Positions 1 through 10,343 of a DNA stretch of 64,000 bases are shown piece after piece. Both the position numbers and the translations under genes were made by a program. The DNA is from Anaerolineae bacterium. Its GTDB lineage: Bacteria > Chloroflexota > Anaerolineae > JAAEKA01. Each line of letters opens with the position of its first letter. Position 1 is the stretch's first letter. The notes under the pieces are model-generated. The model was not told the origin of the DNA and ran no database searches. It saw nothing but the letters and a program-made list of their open reading frames with translations. Where the stretch lies: the NCBI GenBank assembly GCA_032111745.1, contig JAULUH010000280.1, forward strand, positions 23,349-87,348, read 5' to 3'.

Positions 1-545
1 AGCGTCTCGCGGGCGATGCGACGCCGCTTATGGTCCTTAAGGTGACCCAAGGTGCGGATGTTGTGCAGGCGGTCGGCCAGCTTAATCATCACCACCCGGA
101 TATCCTCGGCCATGGCCAGGAACATCTTGCGCAGGGTCTCGTCCCGCTGGCTGCGCAGCTTGGGATCGACCGGCTGGCTCTTGGCCTCGTCAGAGAACTT
201 CTTCATGTCCTCCAACTTGGTGACCCCGTCCACCAGCGCAGCAACGGTGGAGTTGAAGTACTGGGCCATGTAGGGCACATCGTAGGGGGTATCCTCTACG
301 ACGTCGTGGAGAAGGCCGGCGGCGATGGTGTTGGCATCCATGCGCAGGCCGGCTAGCAGGCCGGCCACGGCCAGGGGATGCAGGATATAGGGTTCTCCCG
401 AAGCCCGGGTGACCTCGCCATGGGCCTCGCAGGATAGCTTGAAGGCCCGGCGGATGAGATCCAGGTCCTCCTCCGACATGGTGCGCGGCAAGCGCGCGAT
501 CAGCTCGTCCAAGGTCTTGGGATCGCTGGCAAGGTCATGCGGCAT
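1..545 (-). CDS. relA: (p)ppGpp synthetase/hydrolase, RelA/SpoT family, N-terminal HD domain only; the rest of the gene lies beyond position 1
   Basis: Not in the ORF track because it runs off the window edge. Hand translation of the minus strand from ATG (complement of 543-545) gives MPHDLASDPKTLDELIARL...GEPYILHPLAVAGLLAGLRMDANTIAAGLLHDVVEDT...VVMIKLADRLHNIRTLGHL, the HD hydrolase-domain signature of RelA/SpoT homologues. Confidence 0.9.
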   Translation of the reverse strand, partial: MPHDLASDPKTLDELIARLPRTMSEEDLDLIRRAFKLSCEAHGEVTRASGEPYILHPLAVAGLLAGLRMDANTIAAGLLHDVVEDTPYDVPYMAQYFNSTVAALVDGVTKLEDMKKFSDEAKSQPVDPKLRSQRDETLRKMFLAMAEDIRVVMIKLADRLHNIRTLGHLKDHKRRRIARET

Positions 546-620
546 GAAGGTCTGTCCGGTAGTCGCTGGGTATGGCCCGGCCGTCCCGGGCCGGGGTGCG
601 ATGCTGGCGTTCGACCTCCG

Positions 621-649
621 ATTATAGCGTAGGGCGGACAAACGCGCAA
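621..649 (-). promoter_or_regulatory. sigma-70-type promoter for relA (TTGCGC-17 nt-TATAAT)
   Basis: Minus strand reads ttgcgc gtttgtccgccctacgc tataat. The -10 is the complement of 621-626 and the -35 the complement of 644-649, about 75 nt upstream of the relA ATG. Confidence 0.5.
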
Positions 650-842
650 CGGAGCGCAGCAGCCGCCCAGGGCTGCTCAAACGCCTCTGCGCCTTGCCGT
701 GCCTGGGCGGACCGGAACAAGGGCCGACACGGACGAATACGAATGGACACGGACGCCGCAACGCGAATCGCGGGGTTCCCACAAGGAAGCTATGGAGCGG
801 AGGCTTCCCCTGCGAGCGCCGGCCGCCGGTGCAGCTGGTCGA

Positions 843-877
843 GGAAAAGAAAACGCCGGCCCCCTGGGGGGACCGGC
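843..877 (-). terminator. rho-independent terminator downstream of the DUF937-like gene
   Basis: Minus-strand RNA reads gccggucccccc agg gggccggc followed by uuuucuuuucc. The single odd pair is a G-U wobble on the minus strand only, so the structure is strand-specific. Confidence 0.7.
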
Positions 878-993
878 ATGGAAGGCCGAGCGAACGGCTG
901 GAGCGGAGGGAATCCCGCACAGCGGCAGAGACGTCGGGCGAGCGTTGAGCGATCGCCGTACCAGCCCCTAGCTCTGGTGGTTCCTCGCCTAGA

Positions 994-1557
994 TCAACCG
1001 CCGAACAGCTTCTTCAGCCCGCGCGAGATATCGTCGCCGATGCCTGGAACGTCGTCCAGGAGGTAATCCAGATCGCCGAGCGCCTTGAAGGCGTCACTGT
1101 TCTGATCGAGCAGATCCACCACACCCTTGGCATCGAGGCCATTCTCCTTGGCCATGGCACCGAGCCCGGAAACCGCGGCCGGGCCCAGGAAGCCCATCAT
1201 CTTGCCCATGGAGTCGGGGGAGATACCGGCGACGCGCGCCAGGTTGGCTGTGACGTTCTCCACAGAGTTGGAGCCGGCCAGCGTGTTGAGCATCGACGCC
1301 GACTTGGCGGGGTCGAAGCCTTTGGCATAGGCGTCCAGGTCAGTGCCGACGGTGTCAGTGGCGCTCTTGAACAGGCTGCTGAGCGCGTCTGCACCACCAG
1401 GCTGCGCGGCGATCCGCTTGACGCCGCTCAGGACGGCGGCTATTCCCAATGGTGCCACCTTCTTCACGATGTCCGGGGGCAGTCCCACACGCTTGCCCAG
1501 GTCCTCCAAGACTGGACCACCAAATGAGGTGATCATGCTCGTAATCATGTCTGCCAT
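994..1557 (-). CDS. DUF937-like protein of unknown function
   Basis: 187-aa ORF (MADMITSMITSFGGPVLEDLGKRVGLPPDIVKKV...), Gly/Ala-rich with two similar halves. It resembles DUF937 from memory; no search was run. Confidence 0.65.
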   Translation of the reverse strand: MADMITSMITSFGGPVLEDLGKRVGLPPDIVKKVAPLGIAAVLSGVKRIAAQPGGADALSSLFKSATDTVGTDLDAYAKGFDPAKSASMLNTLAGSNSVENVTANLARVAGISPDSMGKMMGFLGPAAVSGLGAMAKENGLDAKGVVDLLDQNSDAFKALGDLDYLLDDVPGIGDDISRGLKKLFGG

Positions 1558-1707
1558 AACTGATCGTCCTTTCGTCCTCTAAAGTGCTGCGCTGTTGGCG
1601 CATAGCGATAGCTGCAGCCGGCAGAGGTTGGGGCCACCTGCCAAAGCTGCCGAGTCACACCCGCAGACAGTATAGCAGACCTAGTGTAGGCGCCACAAAA
1701 AGCCGAT

Positions 1708-1736
1708 TTGACAGTGGGATGGGCCGGCGGTAAAAT
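1708..1736 (+). promoter_or_regulatory. near-consensus sigma-70 promoter driving tRNA-Arg (TTGACA-17 nt-TAAAAT)
   Basis: ttgaca at 1708-1713, a 17-nt spacer, taaaat at 1731-1736. The predicted start lies only a few nt before the tRNA 5' end at 1747. Confidence 0.75.
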
Positions 1737-1746
1737 TTACATGTAC

Positions 1747-1823
1747 GCCCCCGTAGCTCAGTGGACCAGAGCATCGGTCTTCGGAACCGAGAGTCGCAGG
1801 TTCGAATCCTGCCGGGGGTGCCA
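1747..1823 (+). tRNA. tRNA-Arg, anticodon UCG, with encoded CCA
   Basis: Hand-folded cloverleaf. Acceptor GCCCCCG/CGGGGGU, D arm GCUC...GAGC, anticodon stem UCGGU/ACCGA with loop CU-UCG-GA, T arm GCAGG-UUCGAAU-CCUGC, discriminator G, then CCA. Confidence 0.9.
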
Positions 1824-1827
1824 GCTT

Positions 1828-1885
1828 TACCGCAAAGACGCAAAGGCACCAAGAGATTCCTCGGCGCCTTTGCGTCTTTGCGGTA
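1828..1885. repeat. perfect 20-bp inverted repeat (stem-loop) just 3' of the tRNA
   Basis: taccgcaaagacgcaaaggc (1828-1847) pairs perfectly with gcctttgcgtctttgcggta (1866-1885) around an 18-nt loop. There is no U-tract on either strand. Confidence 0.85.
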
Positions 1886-1889
1886 GGTA

Positions 1890-2831
1890 ATGAACCAGGG
1901 AGGCGGTCCAGTGGGCAATATCACCACGCAGGAACTGGAACTCGTTTGGGAGTCGAAGATCGCTGACCTGCTGGCAGGTGAGAGGGACAGGCGCTTCGAG
2001 GCCAGTGGCGTGCACCACAGAAATGGCTACCTGCACATTGTCTGCGACGACGGCCCCTTTGTTGTGCGCATCCGCGTGGAGGACGGTGTTGTGCAGCCGG
2101 AGCACACCTTGATCGAACTGCGAGGCGGTGCCATGGGGTACGAGGATGTCACCTTCGAGCCTCACGGCAAGCTCTGGTACTGCCTGATCGAGGCGGCCGA
2201 GACCAAGTCCGGCCTCTTGAAGCCGCGTGTCGAAGCCTTCGATGAGAACTTCGTGTTTGTGGAGAACTTCTGGCTGGACTTCTCATTGAAGGCCGGCAAC
2301 AAGGGCATCGAGGGGTTGTCCTATTTGCAGCATGGCAATCACGACTACCTGCTGGGGTTGTGCGAGGGCAATAAGTGCAAGAGCGGCAGTGCCGGCCGCG
2401 AGCCGGGACAGGGGCGTATCCAGGTGTTCCGGCGGGCACCCGGCCAGTGGGACCATATCGGGACCATCAAGCTGCCGAAGACCGTGCTTTTCGAGGACTA
2501 TGCCGGCCTCGACTTCCGCGACCGTTACGTGACGGTGGTATCACAGATGTCGTCGGCCCTGTGGATGGGCCGAGTGCGTTCCGATCGCACCAATCTGGAC
2601 AGTATTTGGGAGGACGATGGGGTAACCTTTCTGTTCCCGCGCAGCAGGAACGGAAAGATCATCTACTGCAACCTGGAGGGGGTGACGTGGATTGGCGAGC
2701 GCATGTTGGCCCTGGTGTCGGATAAGGCCAAGGCCGACCGGCAAGCGTCGCGGTGCGCAGAAAAGGAGCAGTCGCTGCACATCTTCAGGCTGCCCAAGGG
2801 ATTCAGGGGACCTGGTGAAAAAGGATCGTAG
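1890..2831 (+). CDS. hypothetical protein, probably beta-propeller-like
   Basis: 313-aa ORF. It has an NKGIEGLSYL-type motif reminiscent of SdiA-regulated/DUF3616-type propeller families, recalled from memory only. The start is uncertain because ATG 1890 sits 5 nt after the hairpin. Confidence 0.6.
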   Translation: MNQGGGPVGNITTQELELVWESKIADLLAGERDRRFEASGVHHRNGYLHIVCDDGPFVVRIRVEDGVVQPEHTLIELRGGAMGYEDVTFEPHGKLWYCLIEAAETKSGLLKPRVEAFDENFVFVENFWLDFSLKAGNKGIEGLSYLQHGNHDYLLGLCEGNKCKSGSAGREPGQGRIQVFRRAPGQWDHIGTIKLPKTVLFEDYAGLDFRDRYVTVVSQMSSALWMGRVRSDRTNLDSIWEDDGVTFLFPRSRNGKIIYCNLEGVTWIGERMLALVSDKAKADRQASRCAEKEQSLHIFRLPKGFRGPGEKGS

Positions 2832-2922
2832 AGTAGGACCGGTGGCGGACGAGGGGCAGAGGTAATCGTGGAAATCGTGGCCTTAATGCGACCTATGGCC
2901 CAAGGAACAGCACCCACCACGC

Positions 2923-2951
2923 TTCGCCAATCTATGGAACCGTGGTACAAT
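2923..2951 (+). promoter_or_regulatory. extended -10 promoter (TTCGCC-17 nt-TACAAT with TG at -15/-14)
   Basis: ttcgcc at 2923-2928 and cgTGgTACAAT with the hexamer at 2946-2951. The SD aggagagg precedes ATG 2976. Confidence 0.5.
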
Positions 2952-2975
2952 GCTGTCGCACAGGAGAGGTGAGCT

Positions 2976-3191
2976 ATGGCCGACTGCCCCAACTGCGGAA
3001 CCTGGAACCCTGACGACAAAATCGTGTGCTGGCGCTGCCAGATGGAGCTGCCTCGGCCCGTGGACAAGAAGCGTAGGGAACCGATGCGTTTTCTGGGGCT
3101 GCCGGTGTGGTCATGGTCTATCATCATAGTCATGTTGCTGGCAATTGTCCTGGCCCAGTGCCTGTTCCTACCCCCAGTGGCCGGGCCATGA
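2976..3191 (+). CDS. small zinc-ribbon membrane protein
   Basis: 71 aa: CPNCGTWNPDDKIVCWRC (CxxC...CxxC) followed by one hydrophobic helix (LPVWSWSIIIVMLLAIVLAQCLFL). A good SD and promoter lie upstream. Confidence 0.65.
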   Translation: MADCPNCGTWNPDDKIVCWRCQMELPRPVDKKRREPMRFLGLPVWSWSIIIVMLLAIVLAQCLFLPPVAGP

Positions 3192-3203
3192 TCTCTCCCC
3201 GGC

Positions 3204-4172
3204 ATGCTACCTTCTAATCCCACTTTTGCCCGCCGCGCGCGGTTGCGTCGCCAGCGCCGGGAAAACGCTTCCCTACCTCTGTTTCTGGCCCTGGGCACCC
3301 TCATGGGCAGCCTGTGCCTGCTAGCGCTGCTGCCAGCGGCCGTGCTCAGCCGGGCGCTTGGGCCCGGGCTTGGGGCCCTCAACCTGGCTGCGCCCCAAGT
3401 GCTGGTGATGGGGGTCGATCGCCGGCCGGATGAGGCCGGCCCCAGCCGGAGCGATTCGATGATTCTGGCTGGCCTCAACCCGGACACGGGCCAGGCCGGG
3501 CTGCTGTCCATCCCCCGGGACCTTTGGGTATCGATCCCGGGAGTGGGCTCGCAGCGCATCAACGCGGCGCTGGTGCTGGGCGATGACCCGGCCAACCCCG
3601 CGGCAGGGCCACAGTTGGCGGGCCGTACCGTGGGGGATCTGTTCGGCCAGCCGGTTGATCGCTACATGGTGCTGGACTTCCAGACTTTTGTCCGCCTGGT
3701 GGATGCCATGGGTGGCATCGAGGTCGATGCGCCGCAGCCGATTGTGGACACGGCCTATCCCACGTTCGACTACGGTGTGACCACGATCCGCTTTGCGGCC
3801 GGACCACAGGTTCTCGATGGCGAACAGGCCCTGGTCTACGTGCGCACCCGCCACGACGACGACGATTTCGGCCGGGCCGAGCGCCAACAGCAGGTGATTA
3901 GCGCCATGACGGCCCGACTGGCCCAGCCCGCCACCTGGGCGCAGCTGCCCGCCATCTTTGCGGTGCTGCGCGATGGCGTGCTGACCGACCTAACCCCGGC
4001 TGACCTGCCTGGGCTGGCCCCGCTGGCGCTGGCTATGCTGCGGGGAAAGGTGGCCACGGCCACGCTGGACGGCGATCGCACGACACCCTGGACCACAGAG
4101 GAAGGTGCCTGGGTCCTGTTGCCCAACTGGCCGGCGATCGACCAGGTGGTGGACGAGTTATTTGGCCGTTAG
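3204..4172 (+). CDS. LytR-CpsA-Psr (LCP) family cell-envelope phosphotransferase
   Basis: N-terminal TM helix, then VLVMGVDRRPDEAGPSRSDSMILAGLNPDTGQAGLLSIPRDLWVSIPG...RINAA and YVRTRHDDDDFGRAERQQQV, typical LCP core motifs. Confidence 0.85.
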   Translation: MLPSNPTFARRARLRRQRRENASLPLFLALGTLMGSLCLLALLPAAVLSRALGPGLGALNLAAPQVLVMGVDRRPDEAGPSRSDSMILAGLNPDTGQAGLLSIPRDLWVSIPGVGSQRINAALVLGDDPANPAAGPQLAGRTVGDLFGQPVDRYMVLDFQTFVRLVDAMGGIEVDAPQPIVDTAYPTFDYGVTTIRFAAGPQVLDGEQALVYVRTRHDDDDFGRAERQQQVISAMTARLAQPATWAQLPAIFAVLRDGVLTDLTPADLPGLAPLALAMLRGKVATATLDGDRTTPWTTEEGAWVLLPNWPAIDQVVDELFGR

Positions 4173-4203
4173 CTGTTTGGCCATTCATGAAGGAGTGTGA
4201 GAT

Positions 4204-4602
4204 ATGGCAGAGAAGAGTCTCGTGCAGAAGCTGCGCCTGCAAGGTGGCCAGCGGGCGCTGATCGCCAATACGCCTGCTGGCTATGTGGAAGGTTTGGGCC
4301 CGCTACCCGCCGGCTTACAGGTGGATACGCAGCCCGAGGGTGACAGCCTCTATGACTTCGTGCACTTGTTCGTGGTGGACAGTGCCGAGTTGGAGCGATT
4401 GGGCCCTGGGGCCATGGCCGCGGCAAAGTACGACGCTGTGGTCTGGATCTCCTACCCCAAGACCAGCTCCGGGATGCCGACGGACCTGACCCGCGATGTG
4501 CTGTGGCAGCTGATACCGGGCTTGCGGCCGGTGTCCCAGGTCGCGGTGGACGATACCTGGTCGGCGATGCGCTTCCGGCCGGCGGCCGAGGTGGGTAAAT
4601 AG
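4204..4602 (+). CDS. DUF3052-like small protein
   Basis: 132-aa ORF with SD AAGGAG 9 nt upstream. The pattern LRLQGGQRALI...DFVHLFV...VVWISYPK resembles DUF3052 from memory only. Confidence 0.6.
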   Translation: MAEKSLVQKLRLQGGQRALIANTPAGYVEGLGPLPAGLQVDTQPEGDSLYDFVHLFVVDSAELERLGPGAMAAAKYDAVVWISYPKTSSGMPTDLTRDVLWQLIPGLRPVSQVAVDDTWSAMRFRPAAEVGK

Positions 4603-4608
4603 CGCTCG

Positions 4609-4887
4609 ATGGATACCAAGACTATCGTCGACGTGACGGGCTGGATCGGCGTGGTGCTGCTGTTGGTGGCCTATGGCCTGGTGTCGGTGCGGCGCTTGGA
4701 GGGGGACTCGACTTCCTACCAACTGCTCAACGTCGTGGGCAGTGCCTTGCTGATCGTCAACAGCTACACCAACCGCGCGTTTCCCTCGGTGGCTGTCAAC
4801 CTGTTTTGGATAGGCATCGGCGCATTTGCGCTGGTGCGGGCCACGATGCGCGAGGGAGGCAAGTCTCATGACCCTGGCACTTACTGA
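4609..4887 (+). CDS. small integral membrane protein (three predicted TM helices)
   Basis: 92-aa hydrophobic ORF (GWIGVVLLLVAYGLVSV..., SALLIVNSY..., NLFWIGIGAFALV). Its 3' end overlaps the acnX start by 20 nt. Confidence 0.6.
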   Translation: MDTKTIVDVTGWIGVVLLLVAYGLVSVRRLEGDSTSYQLLNVVGSALLIVNSYTNRAFPSVAVNLFWIGIGAFALVRATMREGGKSHDPGTY

Positions 4888-6715
4888 GCGAGACCAGGAG
4901 CTGTTGGCCGGTGCAGCCGGACCTGCAGCCCAGCTGGCGATGTCCATCCTGGTGCGCATGGGCCAGGTCTACGCCGCGCCAGCCCTGATGGATATCAGCG
5001 CCGCCCACATCGACAGCACCATCTATATCGGAGAGGCCGGGCTGGAGTTCGCGGAACGGCTGGCCAGCCTGGGCGCGCGCGTGGCCGTGCCCACTACCCT
5101 CAACGTCAGCGGGCTGGACGAGCATCACTGGCAGGAGTGGCCCGTGCCGGCGGATTGGGCATCCAAGGCCCATCGCCAGATGATGGCCTATCAGAGCATG
5201 GGCGCGGAGCCTACCTGGACCTGTGCACCGTACCAGACCGCGTGGCGGCCGGCCTTTGGCCAACAGGTGGCCTGGGGTGAGTCTAACGCTATCGCCTTTG
5301 CCAACTCGGTGTTGGGGGCGCGTACTGAGCGCTACCCCGACCTGCTGGATATCTGCTGCGCCATCACCGGCCGAGTACCGGCCATAGGGCTGCACCTCGC
5401 TGAGAACCGGGCCGGCCAGTTGCTGCTGCGATTGGTGGATGTGCCCCTGGCGGTGCAGCAAGACGACAGCTTCTACCCCGTGCTGGGCCATCTGGTGGGC
5501 CAGCTGGCCGGGGATGGCATCCCGGTGATCGATGGGCTGCGCGTGTCGCCGACCGAGGACCAGCTGAAGGCGCTGGGTGCAGCCGCGGCCTCATCTGGCG
5601 CGGTGGCGCTATTTCACGTGGTTGGGGTGACGCCTGAGGCGCCGACCCTGGACGCGGCGTTCCAGGGCCATCGGCCGGCGCGAGAGATCGCTATAGCGAT
5701 GCGCGAGCTGCGATTGGCGCGGGAAGCGTTGACCACAGCAGAGGGTGATCGGCTGGACATGGTGGTGTTGGGTAGCCCGCACTTCTCGCTGGCCGAGTTC
5801 GCCCAGTTGGCGGGGCTGGTGACAGGGCAGCAGGCACATCCGGAGGTGAGTTTCCTGGTGACTTCCAGCCGGGGGATGGTGCAGCTGGCCCGGCGAGCCG
5901 GCTACCTGGACGTGTTGGAGGCCTTTGGCGGCCGGGTGACCGTGGACACCTGCATCCTTGCCACGCCCATGTTGCCGGCCGCTGTGAAGGTGTTGATGAC
6001 CAACTCCGCCAAGTATGCCTACTATGCGCCGGGGATGCTGGACACTCGGGTCACCTTTGGCAGCCTGGAGGATTGTGTGCGCTCTGCGGTGATGGGGCAG
6101 GTGGTGCGGGATGATAGGGTCTGGCGGGCAGGTTTCGGACGCGATAGCGCGCAGATGAGCGGTTTGGAGCACGATCGCGCGCAGGCGAGCGGTCTGGAAC
6201 ACGATGGCACAAGGGCGGGCGAAGTCACGCAGCGCGATGGGCGCGAACAGGTGGCCATGGTGAGAGGCCAGGTTGTGGTGGCTGGGTGTGCTGCGGGGGA
6301 GGCCCTGGTAGCGGGCGAGCCGCTCTCGTTTTGGGGCGGCTATGACTACCGCACGGGCGAGATCATCGATCGCCGCCATCCGTTGAGCGGAGCGGTGGCG
6401 GCGGGGCGGGTGTTGTGTGTGCCTTTCACACGCGGGTCGTCGACCACTACGGCGGTGTTACTGGAGGCGGTACGCGCGGGCACCGCGCCGGCGGCTATTG
6501 TGACTACCGGTATCGATTCGTTTTTCGCTCTGGCGTCGGTGGTGGCTGACGAGATGTACGGCCGGGCCGTCCCCGTGGTCTCGCTGTTGCCGGCAGATTT
6601 CGCCCGCCTGGGCACAGGCGACCGGATCGAGCTGGATGAGATGGGCGCGCTACGGCTGGGTAGCCTCGATCTGGCGGCTGACGTCGACCATGGTGGAGAC
6701 GGGAGCCTGGCCTAG
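4868..6715 (+). CDS. fused aconitase-X (AcnX) family dehydratase: DUF521-like catalytic part plus DUF126-like swivel part
   Basis: Start chosen at ATG 4868 (SD GGGAGG 9 nt upstream). MTLALTERDQELLAGAAGPAAQLAMSILVRMG...ISAAHIDSTIY resembles the AcnX large part. The C-terminal GQVVVAG.AAGEALV..EPLSFWGGYD..TGEIID..HPL.G..VAGRVL..P..RGSS resembles the small swivel part. Confidence 0.8.
   Translation: MTLALTERDQELLAGAAGPAAQLAMSILVRMGQVYAAPALMDISAAHIDSTIYIGEAGLEFAERLASLGARVAVPTTLNVSGLDEHHWQEWPVPADWASKAHRQMMAYQSMGAEPTWTCAPYQTAWRPAFGQQVAWGESNAIAFANSVLGARTERYPDLLDICCAITGRVPAIGLHLAENRAGQLLLRLVDVPLAVQQDDSFYPVLGHLVGQLAGDGIPVIDGLRVSPTEDQLKALGAAAASSGAVALFHVVGVTPEAPTLDAAFQGHRPAREIAIAMRELRLAREALTTAEGDRLDMVVLGSPHFSLAEFAQLAGLVTGQQAHPEVSFLVTSSRGMVQLARRAGYLDVLEAFGGRVTVDTCILATPMLPAAVKVLMTNSAKYAYYAPGMLDTRVTFGSLEDCVRSAVMGQVVRDDRVWRAGFGRDSAQMSGLEHDRAQASGLEHDGTRAGEVTQRDGREQVAMVRGQVVVAGCAAGEALVAGEPLSFWGGYDYRTGEIIDRRHPLSGAVAAGRVLCVPFTRGSSTTTAVLLEAVRAGTAPAAIVTTGIDSFFALASVVADEMYGRAVPVVSLLPADFARLGTGDRIELDEMGALRLGSLDLAADVDHGGDGSLA
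6144..6203 (+). repeat. two tandem 30-nt units inside the AcnX inter-domain linker
   Basis: gatagcgcgcagatgagcggtttggagcac followed by gatcgcgcgcaggcgagcggtctggaacac (25/30 identical). They encode DSAQMSGLEH and DRAQASGLEH. Confidence 0.85.
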
Positions 6716-8011
6716 CAGGTAGATCTGTTCCCAGGCGGCGCTGGCCAGGCGCGAGGCCTCGGCCTGGTTGGCAAAGTGCTCGGCAATGACCGAATATCCT
6801 TTGAGCTGGCCGTCGGCGAACACGGCCAGGTCCATCTGACCAGCCTTGGTGGGGTACTGCTCGCGGATGGTGGCGATCCAGTCATCCACCAGGGAGAGCC
6901 GCGCGGGCTGGAGGAACTGAGCCTGAGCCATGGCCCGGCCGTAGTCAGGGCTGATGAGAAACTGCAGGAGTTCCCATGCCTCTTCAGGGTGCTGGGTGTC
7001 ACTGAAGATAGCAAAGCCGTCAGTAGTGGCAAGGGTGGCGCGGCGGACGGGCCCGGCGGGCAGGGGCGCGACGCCGATGCGAAAGTCGGAGTTGGCCAGG
7101 ATGTCCTTCAGGGCCCAAGAGCCATCCTCCACCATGGCCAGGCGGCCGGCGGCGAAAGCGTCCCAGGGGTTCAGATTGTTTACGTCCAAGGGGGTAGCCA
7201 TAACGCGATCATCCCACATGCGGGCCCGGATCCACTCCATGGCTGCCAAGGCCTCAGCTTCATCCATTCGGCTGTTGGTGGGATCTTCGGGGTCGACGAA
7301 ATGGCCGCCCCAGGCATTGACATGGACCTGGATGCGATCCCACGAGATGTCCAGCATGCTGCCCCAAATGTCGGTCTGGCCGTCGCCGTTCTCGTCAACA
7401 GTCAGGCGGCGCATGGCATCCAGGTAGTCCTCGTAGTCCCAGGACTCGTCGGGGTAGGGGACGCCATAGCGGTCGAAGATGTCCTTGTTGTAGTAGAGGG
7501 CCAGCGCGCCGTGGTACTTGGGCAGGGCGTATTGCCGGCCGTCATCGGTGAAGTAGGACCGGTATTGCACGGGATCCCAATCGTCGATGGTGGCCTGGTC
7601 GAGGTCCCGGGCAACGAAGGGCCGCAGGTCGTAGGTGAAGCCCTCCTGAGCCCAGACGGGAAAAAAGGCACAGCACCCGGAAAAGACGTCCGGCGCCCTG
7701 CCGGCCTGGAAATCGGCCAGCATCTCCTGCTCGAAGACATCCGACGGGGGATCCAGGGTGTAGAAGACGCGCAGGTCAGGATGGCTGGCGTGGAACTGGT
7801 CCAGCATCTCTCGGGCCATGGGGGGGAACCACTCGGTCCGCCAGTCCTGGTAGACCAGCTGCACGGGGCCCTCGGGAGTGGGCTCGCCACCGGGCAGGCG
7901 TGACGTGGGGATGGTGCACGCGGCCAGCAAGACAAGGGCCAGGGCCAGGGCAGCCAGCAGCGCTAAGCGGGGATGGCTGGGGTGATGAGGTGTTTGGAGT
8001 GGCATGGTCAT
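6650..8011 (-). CDS. ABC-transporter substrate-binding lipoprotein, family-1 (carbohydrate) type
   Basis: Start placed at ATG 8011 (GGAGAG SD 7 nt upstream). Lipobox LVLLAAC. The length and WRTEW...DVF..D...W....G motifs are typical of sugar-binding SBPs. No permease or ATPase genes lie adjacent. Confidence 0.8.
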   Translation of the reverse strand: MTMPLQTPHHPSHPRLALLAALALALVLLAACTIPTSRLPGGEPTPEGPVQLVYQDWRTEWFPPMAREMLDQFHASHPDLRVFYTLDPPSDVFEQEMLADFQAGRAPDVFSGCCAFFPVWAQEGFTYDLRPFVARDLDQATIDDWDPVQYRSYFTDDGRQYALPKYHGALALYYNKDIFDRYGVPYPDESWDYEDYLDAMRRLTVDENGDGQTDIWGSMLDISWDRIQVHVNAWGGHFVDPEDPTNSRMDEAEALAAMEWIRARMWDDRVMATPLDVNNLNPWDAFAAGRLAMVEDGSWALKDILANSDFRIGVAPLPAGPVRRATLATTDGFAIFSDTQHPEEAWELLQFLISPDYGRAMAQAQFLQPARLSLVDDWIATIREQYPTKAGQMDLAVFADGQLKGYSVIAEHFANQAEASRLASAAWEQIYLLGQAPVSTMVDVSRQIEATQP

Positions 8012-8115
8012 GGGCTCTCTCCAATCGGGCACCCGCCAGAGTCGCTGGCCCTGGCTGGAACCGGCTTTCTATACCTGCCATTGTATCACGTTTCCTCGAT
8101 TGCGCCACCAGCAGG

Positions 8116-10287
<2,172 letters not shown>

Positions 10288-10343
10288 GGGTTACCTCAGC
10301 TTGATGGGGGATTGTCTCAGGTCCCTGGGCCAGGGACCTGTCG

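Noticed and set aside
572-1066. Track ORFs (572-1066, 694-948, 699-971) filling the relA/DUF937 intergenic region.
   Set aside because: Their translations are Arg/Gly/Pro/Ala-rich and they overlap each other in different frames. They span a strand-specific terminator and a promoter, and they lack start context.
1747-2975. tRNA-Arg as the integration site of a genomic island.
   Set aside because: There is no integrase, no repeat of the tRNA 3' end downstream, and no visible compositional break. The downstream genes (LCP and others) look native.
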